Below are positions 45,955 to 57,320 of a stretch of 64,000 bases of DNA, piece after piece. The notes under the pieces were generated by a model. That model did no database searches and was not told where the DNA came from. It saw only the letters and a program-made list of their open reading frames with translations. Source of the stretch: Squalus acanthias (Eukaryota); NCBI GenBank assembly GCA_030390025.1, contig CM059431.1:133798001-133862000 (forward strand), read 5' to 3'. A program made the translations under genes and the position numbers. Numbering within the stretch: the stretch's first letter is position 1; each line of letters starts with the position of its first letter.

Positions 45955-46085
45955 CAGAAAATGCTGGAAATACTCAGCAGGTCAGGCAGTTTCCAACAGA
46001 GTTCATGTCTCAGGCCGAGATGCTGCCTGATCAGCTAAGTATTTCCACCATTTTATGCTGTCATTTCAGATTTACAGCATCTGCC
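45955..46085. repeat. Short palindromic interspersed repeat (shark-type, possibly Penelope-derived)
   Basis: Arm AAAATGCTGGAAATACTCAGCAGGTCAGGCAG pairs imperfectly with CTGCCTGATCAGCTAAGTATTTCCACCATTTT; same family as the insert at 47710-47808. Confidence 0.55.
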
Positions 46086-46108
46086 TGCAGAGGGAAGAGG
46101 AAGACACA

Positions 46109-46637
46109 GGAGAGTTCGGTGGTACTTAAAGCAGCGAGAGCCTGGGAGAGCAGGAGAGTTCGGTGGTACTTAAAGCAGTGGGAGCCCAGGAGAGCGCGAG
46201 AGTTCGGCGGTACTTAAAGCAGCGAGAGCCCTGGGGAGCGCGAGAGTTCGGCGGTACTTAAAGCAGTGAGAGCCCAGGAGAGCGCGAGAGTTCGGCGGTA
46301 CTTAAAGCAGCAAGAGCCCTGGAGAGCGCAAGACCTCGGCGCTACTTAAAGCAGCGGGAGCACAGAAGAGCGCGAGACCTCGGCGGTACTTAAAGCAGCG
46401 AGAGCCCAGGAGAGCGCGAGACCTCGGCGGTACTTAAAGCAGTGGGAGCCCTGGAGAGCGCGAGACCTCGGCGGTACTTAAAGCAGCGAGAGCCCAGGAG
46501 AGCGCGAGAGTTCGGCGGTACTTAAAGCAGCGAGAGCCCAGGAGAGCGCGAGACTTCAGCGGTACTTAAAGCAGCGAGAGCCCTGGAGAGCGCGAGACTT
46601 CAGCGGTACTTAAAGCAGCGAGAGCCCAGGAGAGCAG
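46109..46637 (+). repeat. 44-bp tandem repeat (~12 copies), 5' monomer region of the CR1 LINE
   Basis: Unit GAGAGCGCGAGAGTTCGGCGGTACTTAAAGCAGCGAGAGCCCAG; GGTACTTAAA recurs at 46121, 46165, 46209, 46253 and onward. CpG-rich, directly upstream of ORF1. Confidence 0.9.
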
Positions 46638-46819
46638 TGAGTGTAAAGAAGTAAAAAGTAATCGAAGTGTGACGTCACCAGAAAGCAGGTAAGTGATTGG
46701 TTGGTGTGTATTTCTATATTTCTCGCATTTTTTCCAAACTTGGGCGTCTAAATTTAAGTGCCTTGGTGTAGATTAAAAGAAATATGTGTTCCAAATTTTA
46801 AAACTAATTAATTAATTGA

Positions 46820-47882
46820 GATGGGAGACCAGGCAATGTGTTGTTGTTGTTGCATGTGGGAGCTGGTGGACACCATTGAGGTCCAGGGCAACCACATCTG
46901 CAGCAAATGTTGGCGGCTCGAGGAACTTCGGCTCAGAGTTGATGAGCTGGAGTCGAGATTCAGACACTGCGACACATTATGGAGGGGGAGTGATACCAGG
47001 ACACTAAGTTCCAGGAGGCAGTCATACCCACTAGAGTAATTACTTCCAATTTGGCCCATGGTCAGGGACAGGAGGGTGTGACTACAAGCAAGGCAGGTAT
47101 TGGGATCCAGGAGGTAGTGATGGAGGAGCCTCAGCCCTTGGCCTTGTCCAACAGGTACGAGATTCTTGCTCCCTGTGTGGACGAGGGCAGGGGCTGCAGG
47201 AAGGATGAGCAATCTGACCACAGCACCGTGGTACAGGGAGCCATTCAAGTGGGGGGAGTAAAAAGAAATGTTGTAGTGATGGGGGATAGTATAGTTAGGG
47301 GGATAGACACTGTCTCTGCAGCCGAGAGCGTGAGTCCCGAAGGCTGTGTTGCCTGCCAGGGTTAAGGACATCTCCTCTGGGCTGGAGAGAAACTTGGAGT
47401 GGGAGGGGGAGGATCCAGTTGTCATGGTCCACGTAGGAACCAACGACATAGGTAGGACAAAGAAAGAGGTTCTGCTGAGAGAGTATGAGCAGCGAGGGGC
47501 TAAATTAAAAAGCAGAACCACAAAGGTAATAATCTCTGGATTACTACCTGAGCCACGGGCGAATTTGCATAGGGTAAATAAGATCAGAGAAATGAACGAG
47601 TGGCTCAAAGACTGGTGTGGGAGAAATGGGTTTCGATTTGTCCCAGTACTGGCACCAGTACTGGGATAAGAGGGAACTGTTCCATTTGGACGGGCTTCAC
47701 TTGAACCATTTTTATCGACCAGGTCATCGACCTGAAACGTTAACTCTCTTTCTCTCTCCACGGATGCTGCCTGGCCTGCTGAGTTTTTCCAGCGTTTTCT
47801 GTTGTTATTTCACTTGAACCATGCTGGGGCTAGAGTCCTGGCGAATCGAATAACTAGGGCTGCAGAGAGGGCTTTAAACTAA
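46820..47882 (+). pseudogene. CR1 ORF1 (zinc finger/leucine zipper plus SGNH/GDSL esterase), disrupted
   Basis: C..C.MWE....HICSKC..LEELRLRVDELE; esterase blocks VVMGDSIVRG, VHVGTNDIG, DGLHLN; frameshifts and an internal insertion. Confidence 0.85.
47710..47808. mobile_element. 99-bp insertion in CR1 ORF1 with 14-bp target-site duplication
   Basis: TTCACTTGAACCAT is repeated at 47696-47709 and 47809-47822. The insert contains GACCTGAAACGTTAACTC..GATGCTGCCTGGCCTGCTGAG. Confidence 0.8.
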
Positions 47883-47987
47883 ATAGTGGGGTGGGGGGGA
47901 GATCCAGGTGAGCGTGAATTTAAAAAGTCAATGAGAAATGAGAAAGCAACAGAGTAGGATAGAGATGGGGGAAATAATAACCAGAGT

Positions 47988-50645
47988 GTGACAGGAAGGG
48001 CCAGAATTTTTAAAAATAAGAGTGCAACAGAAAATGGGGCCAAAACAAGGAGAAATGGTAAAAAGACAAAGTTAAAAGCTCTATATCTGAATGCACGCAG
48101 CATTCGTAACAAGATAGATGAGTTGACGGCACAAATAGATACAAATAGTTATGATCTGATCGCCATTACAGAGATGTGGTTGCAAGGTGATCAAGGCTGG
48201 GACCTGAATATTCCAGGGTATTTGACAATTCGGAAGGATAGACAGAAAGGAAAGGGAGGTGGGGTGGCTTTGTTGGCAAAGGATGGGATCAGTGCAGTGG
48301 TGAGAAGTGATATTGGCTCAGAAGATCAAGATGTAGAATCGGTTTGGGTGGAGATAAAAAATAATAAAGGGAAAAAGTCTCTGGTGGGCGTAGTCTACAG
48401 GCCCCCGAACAGTAGCAATACTGTTGGACTGAGTATAAATCAACAAATAATGGAGGCCTGTAAAAAAGGTACGGTAATAATCATGGGTGATTTTAATCTC
48501 CATATTGATTGGACAAATCAAATTTGCCATGGTAGCCTTGAGGAGGAGTTCATAGAGTGTTTCAGGGATGGTTTCCTAGAACAGTATATAATGGAACCAA
48601 CCAGGGAACAGGCTATCTTGGATCTTGTACTGTGTAATGAGACAGAATTAATAAATGATCTCATAGTAAAGGATCCTCTAGGAAAGAGTGATCAGAGCAT
48701 GGTTGAATTTCAAATTCAGTTGGAGGGTGAGAAAGTTGTATCTCAAACCGGTGTCCTGATCTTAAACAAAGGCAATTCCAATGGTACGAGGGCACAACTG
48801 GCTAAAGTGGACTGGAAAAATAAATTAAAGGGTAAGACAGTTGAAATGCAGTGGCGGACATTTAAGGAGATATTTCATAACTCTCAACACAAATATATTC
48901 CAGTGAGAAAGAAAGATTTTAAGAGAAGGGAGCACCATTTGTGGCTAACTAAGGAAGTAAAGGATGGTATCAAATTGAAAACGAAGGCATACAATGTTGC
49001 CAAGATTGATGGGAGACCAGAGGATTGGGAAATTTTTAAAAACCAGCAAAGGATGACTAAAAAAATAATGAGAGAGAAGATGAATCATGAGAGTAAACTG
49101 GCAAGAAACATTAAAACAGATAGTAAGAGCTTCTACAGGTATATAAAAAGGAAGAGGGTAGCTAAAGTAAACGTTGGTCCCTCAGAGGATGAGACTGGGG
49201 AATTAATAATGGGGAACGGGGAAATGGCAGAGACTCTGAACAAATATTTTGTATCTGTCTTCACGGTAGAAGACACTAACAACATCCCAATAATGGATAA
49301 TCAAGGGGCCACAGGGAGGGGGGAACTAAAGACTATCACTATGGAAATAGTACTTGGTAAAATAATGGGACTAAAAGATGACAATTCCCCTGGACCAGAT
49401 GGCCTGCATCCCAGGGTCTTAAAAGAAGTGGCTGCAGAGATAGTGGATGCATTGGTTGCAATATACCAAAATTCCCTAGACTCTGGAGAGGTCCCAGCAG
49501 ATTGGAAAACCGCAAATGTAACACCCCTATTTAAGAAAGGAGGGACACAGAAAGCAGGAAACTATAGACCAGTTAGCCTAACATCTGTCGTTGGGAAAAT
49601 GTTGGAGTCCTTCATATTAAGGAAGCAGTAGCAGGGCATTTGGAAAATCATAATGCAATCAGGCAGAGTCAGCATGGTTTTATGAAAGGGAAATCATGTT
49701 TAACAAATTTGCTGGAGTTCTTTGAGGAGGTAACGAGCAGGGTGGACAATGGTGAGCCAGTGGATGTGGTGTATTTGGATTTCCAGAAGGCATTCGATAA
49801 GGTGCCACATAAAAGGTTACTGCATAAGATAAGAGCTCACGGAATTGGGGGTAATATATTAGCATGGATAGAGAATTGGCTAACTAACAGAAAACAGAGA
49901 GTCAGGATAAATGGGTCATTTTCCGGTTGGCAAACGGTAACTAGTGGGGTGCCACAGGGATCGATGCTGGGGCCTCAACTATTTACACTCTACATTAATG
50001 ACTTGGATGAAGGGACCGAGTGTAATGTAGCCAAGTTTGCGGATGATATAAAGATGGGTGGGAAAGCAAGTTGTGCAGAGGACTCAAAGAACCTGCAAAG
50101 GGATATAGACAGGCTAAGTGAGTGGGCAAACATTTGGCAGATGGAGTATAATGTGGGAAAGTGCGAGGTTATACACTTTGGCAGGAAAAATAAAAAAGCT
50201 AATTATTATTTAAATGGAGAGAGATTACAAAATGCTACAGTTCAGAGGGCCCTGGGGGTCCTTGTGCATGAAACACAAAAAGTTAGCATGTAGGTACAGC
50301 AAGTAATCAAAAAGACAAATGGAATGTTGGCCTTTATTTCAAGGGGGTTGGAGTATAAAAGCAGCGAAGTCCTGCTACAACTGTACAGGGTATTGGTGAG
50401 ACCACACCTTGAGTACTGCGTACAGTTTTGGTCTCCTTATTTAAGGAAGGATATACTTGCATTGGAGGCAGTTCAGAGACGATTCACTAGGTTAATTCCA
50501 GAGATGAGGGGGTTGACTTATGAGGAAAGGTTGAGCAGACTGGGCCTATACTCATTGAGATCTTATTGAAACATATAAGATACTGAGGGGGCTTGGCAAG
50601 GTAGATGCAGAGAGGATGTTTCCACTCGTGGGGAAATCTAGAACG
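47988..50645 (+). pseudogene. CR1 ORF2 (APE endonuclease plus reverse transcriptase), disrupted
   Basis: EN motifs YLNARSI, ITE.W, VYRPP, MGDFN, LDLVL; RT motifs PGPDG, NYRPVSLTS, QHGF, LDFQKAFD, GVPQGS, FADD. Frameshift near 49620, stop at 50291-50293, small deletion near 50558. Confidence 0.93.
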
Positions 50646-50649
50646 CAGG

Positions 50650-51360
50650 GCGCACAGATTCACAAATCATTAAAGGTAGCAACGCAGGTTAACAAAGCCA
50701 TAAAAGGTGCAAGCAAAGCACTAGGGTTCATTTCTCGAGGAATAGAATTCAAAAGCAGACAAGTTCTGTTAAACTTACATAGAACCTTGGTTAGACCACA
50801 CTTAAAGTATTGTGCACAGTTCTGGTCGCCACATTACAAAAAGGATATAGAAGCACTGAACAAAGTGCAAAAAAGATTTACAAGGATGATACCAGAACGG
50901 AAAGGGTACAACTATCAGAGAAGACTGAACAGGCTGGCGATCTTACCTCTTGAAAAGAGAAGACTGAGAGTTGAACTGAGAGAGGTTTTTTATATTATGA
51001 AGGGGTTCGACAATGTAGACATAGAGAAGATGTTTCCACTTTTGGGGGAGTCTAAAACTAGGGGCCATAAATATAAGATAGTCCAATAAGGAATTCAGAA
51101 GATACTTCTTTACTCAGAGAGTGGTGAGAATGTGGAACTCGCCATCACATGGAGTGGTTGAGGTGAATAGCAGAGATGCATTTAAGGGAATCTAGCTAAG
51201 TACATGACAGAGAAAGGATTAGAAGGATACGTGGATAGGGCGAGATGAAGCAAGGTGGGAGGAGGCTCATATGGAGCTTAAATACGGGCATAGACCTGTT
51301 GGGCTGAATGACCTGTTTCTGTGCTGTAAATTCAATGTAATTCTATATAATTCTATGATT
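50650..51360 (+). mobile_element. 5'-truncated CR1 3' fragment
   Basis: ORF2 C-terminus (LVRPHLKYCAQFWSPH..TRGHKYKI), 3' UTR and ATTCTATG-like terminal repeats. Confidence 0.85.
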
Positions 51361-51567
51361 TGTCCAAGCATCTGAACTTCTGTTTTCAATAAGCTGATCA
51401 TGTATTCCATAAGAATTCTAACAGAGGCATGTGTCTCGTTATTTTAGTATTTTATTCTTGCTTGTGCCTGCCTCATAGGTCATAGGTCATCTGTCAGGGC
51501 GCTCCTCCTCTCCTCTTTCCAAGAATGTCAGCATGGTGGATTGGTGTTAATTAAATAAAAGTGCCGT

Positions 51568-51806
51568 TACTTTTTTCACCCAGAGGGCGGTGGGGGTCTG
51601 GAATTCACTGCCTGAAAGGGTGGTAGAGACAGAAACCCTCATCATATTTAAAAAGTACTTGGAAATGCACTTGAAGTGCCATAACCTACAAGGCTGCGGA
51701 CCAAGAGCTGGAAAGTGGGATTAAGCTGGATAGTTCATTTCCGACTGACGCAGACACAATGGGCCAAATGGCCTCCTTCTGTGCTGTAAATTTCTATGAT
51801 TCTATG
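51568..51806 (+). mobile_element. Short CR1 3' fragment
   Basis: FFTQRAVGVWNSLP-coding segment and 3' UTR ending TTCTATGATTCTATG. Confidence 0.75.
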
Positions 51807-51940
51807 TCTGTCACCAGATATTGTGGGTATTGGACTCTACGGTCACAGACAATATGCACATTAATCGACTAAAATACATTTTTGTTCATGAAAGGCATGT
51901 TAGCAGGTATCCAATTGACCACTATGTATACCATTCCACC

Positions 51941-51986
51941 ACCCCCCACCCCCCGCCCCCCGCCCCCCCGTCCCCCCCCCCCCCCA
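51941..51986 (-). repeat. C-rich tract (G-quadruplex potential on the minus strand)
   Basis: Five runs of 6-15 C separated by only 1-2 nt. Confidence 0.7.
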
Positions 51987-52774
51987 CTCCGACACATTAG
52001 GAAAACCTGCCATCTGGTAAAAGTGCTGTGCCCACTTGTGCTGTCGCTCCTTTTCCAGGGAGAAGTGATGAAAGAGTTCTCCTGCAAACAAAGCTTCTGT
52101 CACCTGCTTGATGCATTGGTGCACTGCAGAATGACCTATTTGATAGATATCAGCAGTGGTAGTTTGGAATAATCCGATGGCTTAGAAATTTAAGGCTGTT
52201 GTCACCTTCACAATCACTTGCAGAGTTGTCCCTGTGGTCGATATTATGCCACTTGAGGAGAGAGCATAATGAAGCATTGGTGGTGAAGGCAAATCTCCTC
52301 TGGGATACCCAGGTAGTTCTGGCTAAATATATAGGCCTGGCTCCTGTGGTAAAAGTGGGTACAGGCAGAACACTTGTAGTTCAATTGCACCTGCCTTTAA
52401 TTCCTCTTAGAAATCCAGGGTAGAAATTAGGTCGCGCCCCATTTGGGGCGCAAATATCGTCCGGGCGCAAATATTAGCGCCTGGCGCTAATTATCGGCAC
52501 TGACAGGAAACTTCACTTTTACCGCCCCAGGAGGTGAGTGGAGCGCTAAATTAGGCGCTGCACACCTCTCTTAAGGCGCAAAGGCCAAGGAGTGAGGCGC
52601 TAACTCAGCGCACGAGCGCAGCGCAGCTGCTGCCAGTTAGCGAGGGAACACAGACACAATGGCGCCGGACACTTCTTAAAGCGGGGGGGGGCCACTTGCT
52701 CCCCAGCCACACCCTGCTCATTGCAGCCTTGAATCTCAGCCTGGAGAGACCTGTAATCCATTTTGCTGCCAAGC

Positions 52775-54597
52775 ATGGAGAGGGTGAGAGAACGCGCTCA
52801 TCGCTTCACCGAGCGGGCCTTGGATGCTCTGGTTGACGCAGTGGAGCGCAGACGATGCATGCTGTTCCTGGAGAGTGGCAGGAGGCCTTTGCCACGCGAG
52901 TTCAGAAGAGTGTGGAGGGAGGTGGCTCAGAGCGTCTCCTCCAGGAGCATGGTGCCCAGGACCCATGTTCAATGCCGCAAAAAGTTCAACGACCTCACTC
53001 GGGTCGTCAGGGTGAGTGGCTTTTTCTCAATACCTCTCCATCCCTCCATCTCAACCTCACTCTATGGCCAGAGGGTCTTAAAACTCCAATGCACAACACT
53101 CATCCAACACCTATGGCCCTTTCATCAAACACACACACACATTCCACACTTTGCATACAGTAAGGGCTATTCACCTATGGGAGGCACATCAGGCAAGACC
53201 ATGGCTGCATACAGTAAGGGCTATTCACCTATGGGAGGCACATCAGGCAAGACCATGGCTGTATATTTACTCAGATGCTTTCCTTTTTCTTGCAGGCTAA
53301 GCTGGCTCATAATCGGAGACAGCAGCAACGGACGGGTGGAGGGCGGCTTCAGCTGCAACCCCTCAGCGATCTGGAGGAGCGCGTCCACAGGATTGTGGCA
53401 AGCCGGGTGATCGGTCCCGTCGCCACTGGAGACGCCGACCCCGTTGTGGACAGCAATGGTAAGGTAATCACCTTTTTGTCCTCTGTCCTTCCACTTGTCC
53501 CTCACAATACCAGCCTTTGACACTTTCAATCCAACTTGCTAACTCGCTGCACTTATTCCTCCCTTACTGCCACCCTGTCCTCACGCTAAAGCCACTCTTG
53601 TACCTCCCTGCTTTCAGATGGTGATTCACCAGCTGAGGAGACGGGCCCTGAAGCTGCCACTGGGAGTGATGCTGCAGCTGAGGAGGAAGAGGAAGCCGGA
53701 GCATCAGTGCCACCCTCTCCCGAGGAAGCCCATGCCCACACTGGGAACACGCCTTCCCCGGAGGGGAGCAGGGGGGAAGGGGCTGATGATGGTGAAGCTC
53801 CAGGACCCAGCGGGCTGCAGCAACGCCATGGGGGGGGGAGGGAAGAACGGGAGCCTTCTCCCCAGAGGGAGAGTATGCCAGACACTCCTACTGCAATGGA
53901 CGCAGAGGAGGAGCGGCTGATTGCAGAAATGAACAGCCAGGCGGTGGGCATGCACACTGAGCTCATGGGTGCAGTGGGAAGGGTGCCCGAATGCATTGAG
54001 TCACTGGCAAGGAGTGTGGAGCACTTCGCTGTAGCACAGGCGGATGCCACACTAAAGCTTAGTGCTGCAATTCAGTCACTGGCTGCCAGGAACCCATCTG
54101 AGACTGCTCTCATGCAGACTCAGATTGAGGCCACGCGAGCACTGACTGCTGCCATCCTCGATGGTTCGTGCACATGTCCCCGGGGCTGTCACCGCGCCGC
54201 AGCAGGCCAGCAATCTGTTCTCCGGCAAATTGCTCCGGATGCTGAAGTGCTGCCCCGTGGGAGTGCCAGTGTGTCGGGCGAGCAGGGAGTTGCTGTCCTC
54301 TCTCACGATGACAGCATTCCTGCTGCCAACACTGTCACTTCTCCACTGCACTTGCCACCGCCTGTAGGACAGACTGCTGCCGCCCATGCAGAGTTGGTGC
54401 AGTCTGCAGCCGGGCCCTCCAGGCCCAGAAGTGGTCGAGGCCGTCCTTCAGGGGCATCTGCAGTGTCAGGGTCTGACGAGCAGCAGCCTTCCACCAGCCT
54501 TGCTGCAGCCACTGAGGTCCCATTACGGAGGAGCAGTAGGGTTAGAAGGGGGGAAGTGCGCAAGGGAAGGAGATCACCCTCGAAGGGCAAAAAGTAG
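52775..54597 (+). CDS. Harbinger Myb/SANT-like (trihelix) DNA-binding protein, 3 exons: 52775-53011, 53296-53458, 53618-54597 (~459 aa)
   Basis: RAHRFTERALDALVDAV...WREVAQSVS...RTHVQCRKKFNDL then AKLAHNRRQQQRTGGG. GT-AG introns in phase 0 and 1 join into one open frame, and the junctions are conserved in the related copies. Confidence 0.88.
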
Positions 54598-54891
54598 GAG
54601 GTGTGCCAAAATGCTGGTCATTTTTTTATTAAAGGCCGAGGTTCATGGCCCAACTTTTGTTTAGTGTTTTGGACATTATCTCCAGGTTGTGAGAACCAGT
54701 TATGTTATTGACTGTTTTTTTGTGTTTATTTCTATGAGTTTGTCATGAGGAATTGACACACACAGAGTTTGTAAAATAAATAAGTTTCTGTATTCAAAAT
54801 ATACATGGCTGGTGGCTGGAATTATTGGTGCCTTGGCCGGCTTAGGGGTTGCGTGCTGGGTTGATTAGTGTTTGTAGCAATGGCAGGGGCC

Positions 54892-56052
54892 CTAGAAGCG
54901 GCTTGCTATTAGTCGTTGACGGACGGCCCTTGCAGTTTGACCATTGTGGGCCGCCCTCCCGCCTTGGTGCTGCTGATGATCATCGTCCTCGTCCTGTTCC
55001 TCCTCTTCCTCCTCCTCCTCTGGTGGTGCTACAAGGCCTGGTGGCATTGGCTGGGTCCTGAGGATTGCCATGTTGTGCAACATGCAGCACACGACTACGA
55101 AGTTCGAAACTTGCTCAGGCGAGTACTGCAGGGCTCCTCCGGAATGGTCCAGACAGCGGAACCGTTGTTTCAGCACGCCGATTGTGCGCTCAATAATGTT
55201 CCTGGTTGCTTGATGGCTTTCATTGTACCGCAGCTCAGCAGGGGTGTTTGGCGTACGGAGCGGTGTCATCAGCCAGGTGCTCAATGCGTACCCCTTGTCC
55301 CCCAGAAGCCAACCAACTGGCTGATGCGGTGCCTCGAAAAGTTCTGCCACAGTAGTCTGGCGCAGGATGAAAGCATCGTGGCAGCTGCCCGGATAGTGGG
55401 CATTGACAGCGAGTATCACCTGTCTGTGGTCACAGACCAACTGCACATTCAAGGAATGGAACCCCTTTCTGTTCCTGAATTCCTCTGCATTCTCTCGCGG
55501 AGCACGCAAAGCCACATGCGTGCAGTCAATGGCGCCCTGCACCATGGGGAAGCCCGCTACCCTCGCAAAGCCCATAGCACGGTCACGCTGCTTGTCTGGG
55601 GTCATAGGGAAAGAGATGAAGTCTCGTCTCCTTCTGAAGAGGGCATTGGTGACCTGCCGGATGCAGCGATGCACCGCAAACTGGGAGATATTGGCGAGGT
55701 CCCCAACAGCAGCTTGGAATGAGCCAGTGGCGTAGAAGTTCAAAGCCACTGTGACCTTCACTGCCACCGACAGAGACGTCCTGGACCTCAGCTCAGGCTG
55801 CAGATCTGGCTGCAGCAGGTGGCAGAGCTCAGTGACCACCTCCTTGCTGAATCGCAGCCTTCGCAAACACAGCTCCTCGGACATATGGATGTAGGAGAGC
55901 TGTTCACGATATACCCTGGGAGGGTAAGCTCTCCTGTACATGCGCCTGATGGCCCTCCTCCATCTGGCCATCATTGCCACTCTCTGTCTGCGTCTCACTA
56001 TCCTCCGATTCAGCTGGAGCAGGACGACGCCCCCAATCATTGCAGCCCCCAT
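54892..56052 (-). CDS. Harbinger DDE transposase (HARBI1-like), 386 aa
   Basis: Motifs GAIDCTH, NRKGFHSLNVQLVCD, PGSCHDAFIL, LLGDKGY, IERTIGVLKQRFRCL; uninterrupted ORF. Confidence 0.95.
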   Translation of the reverse strand: MGAAMIGGVVLLQLNRRIVRRRQRVAMMARWRRAIRRMYRRAYPPRVYREQLSYIHMSEELCLRRLRFSKEVVTELCHLLQPDLQPELRSRTSLSVAVKVTVALNFYATGSFQAAVGDLANISQFAVHRCIRQVTNALFRRRRDFISFPMTPDKQRDRAMGFARVAGFPMVQGAIDCTHVALRAPRENAEEFRNRKGFHSLNVQLVCDHRQVILAVNAHYPGSCHDAFILRQTTVAELFEAPHQPVGWLLGDKGYALSTWLMTPLRTPNTPAELRYNESHQATRNIIERTIGVLKQRFRCLDHSGGALQYSPEQVSNFVVVCCMLHNMAILRTQPMPPGLVAPPEEEEEEEEQDEDDDHQQHQGGRAAHNGQTARAVRQRLIASRF

Positions 56053-57320
56053 ATTCTCTTTGCCAGAAAAGTAATGAGGTACAGCAACTAAAGTAGCAAC
56101 AAAGTTAGGATGAATAGGCAAAACTACCTCACAAAGCGTTGAGTCAATGTAGAAGTCTCTCTCTCTCTCTCTCCGAATCTCTCTCTCTCTCTCAGAACGA
56201 GTGGTGCATAAATGTCGACCACAGAAAAAGACAGGAAGAGGCCCCCTTTAAATAGCGTCCCCCCCCCAGCCCCACACCGATTGATAACGTTCCAGTCTTC
56301 GGGTCGTTGGAAGCGCCAGGCGGTAAGGCAGGGGGCGCCACTCAATTTCTGCTCCGGGGCGCCCCAAGGGCGTTGCACCATGGAATGACGTCACAATCTG
56401 CGCGCGCAGGTGGTCGCAGCGGTAAGTTTTAGCGCCGCCGCACAATCTCAAGTTAAGTTCTCGAGCGGCGCAAACAGCGCTGCGCCCGGGCGTTAGCGGC
56501 TTAACGCCCCATTAGCGCCCATTTAAGGCGCTAACGGGAGGCGCAACCAAGTGAATTTTTACCCCTGCAAGAAGAATACCTGGGGAATTTCCATCCTCAG
56601 ATATTTGGTTGTTGCAAATAAAATTACAGCTTACAGTAATACTGTGGTGACAAAAAGCAAACAATTAGGGCTAAAGAAGTAGAAAGTAATTTGTATTCCT
56701 TCCAGTGTCATTTTATATGGGTGTGCAAAGCTATCAATGCATTCCCAGTAAAAAGCACAGGAAACTGTGACTGATAACTATGCTTTGTGCAAGAGCAATC
56801 TGTGGCCACTTATTTCACTATGGGAAATCGTGTGCTATACGAATCTAGCCTGCTCGCCAAAATCTCCAATACCCACTTGCTCAATTGCCACCTGCAGTAC
56901 CAGTGCAACTGATCAAACTATTTTCCCTTATATTCCAAATCTGATTTATTAAGAATAGGAATAGCAATTTCCTGTTCAAAGTAGTTTTTTTTTTACTTTC
57001 GCTAGAAACTGAGGATGCAATCTGAGAACAGTAAAATCAAGGATTGATAGGGCAGCAGGGTTACAGAGTAAGTAGTTGAACTATACAGATGAAGAATGTA
57101 TGTGTTGAGTTAGTTAATCTCAGCTAGGGTGAATGTAGAGTTGCTACAATAGGCTTCAGCATTCCTGGGCTAGGAAGAGGACTATCAGGCAGGATTCCAG
57201 CTCATGATTACTATTCATCAATCACTGCTGTAGGTCCTTTGGGACCTCTTTTATTTAATACCTTCAAAAACAATCGAGAGCTAGGAGTCACAAGCATAGT
57301 GGTTACAATTGCAGGTGATT

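Larger units (their letters stand above)
46109..50645 (+). mobile_element. Near full-length CR1-clade LINE (3' end replaced by another CR1 fragment)
   Basis: 5' monomers, ORF1 and ORF2 occur in canonical order. Confidence 0.9.
52418..56564. mobile_element. Autonomous Harbinger/PIF DNA transposon, apparently intact (~4.15 kb)
   Basis: TIRs GGGTAGAAATT / AATTTTTACCC; GC-rich subterminal repeats; convergent Myb/SANT and transposase genes. The TSD is ambiguous. Confidence 0.92.

Noticed and set aside
46109..46637. CRISPR-like array
   Set aside because: Contiguous 44-bp tandem units without unique spacers, no cas genes, eukaryotic context.
54892..56052. Domesticated host gene HARBI1
   Set aside because: It lies within TIRs next to its Myb partner, with related decayed copies nearby, so it is a transposon gene and not the host orthologue.
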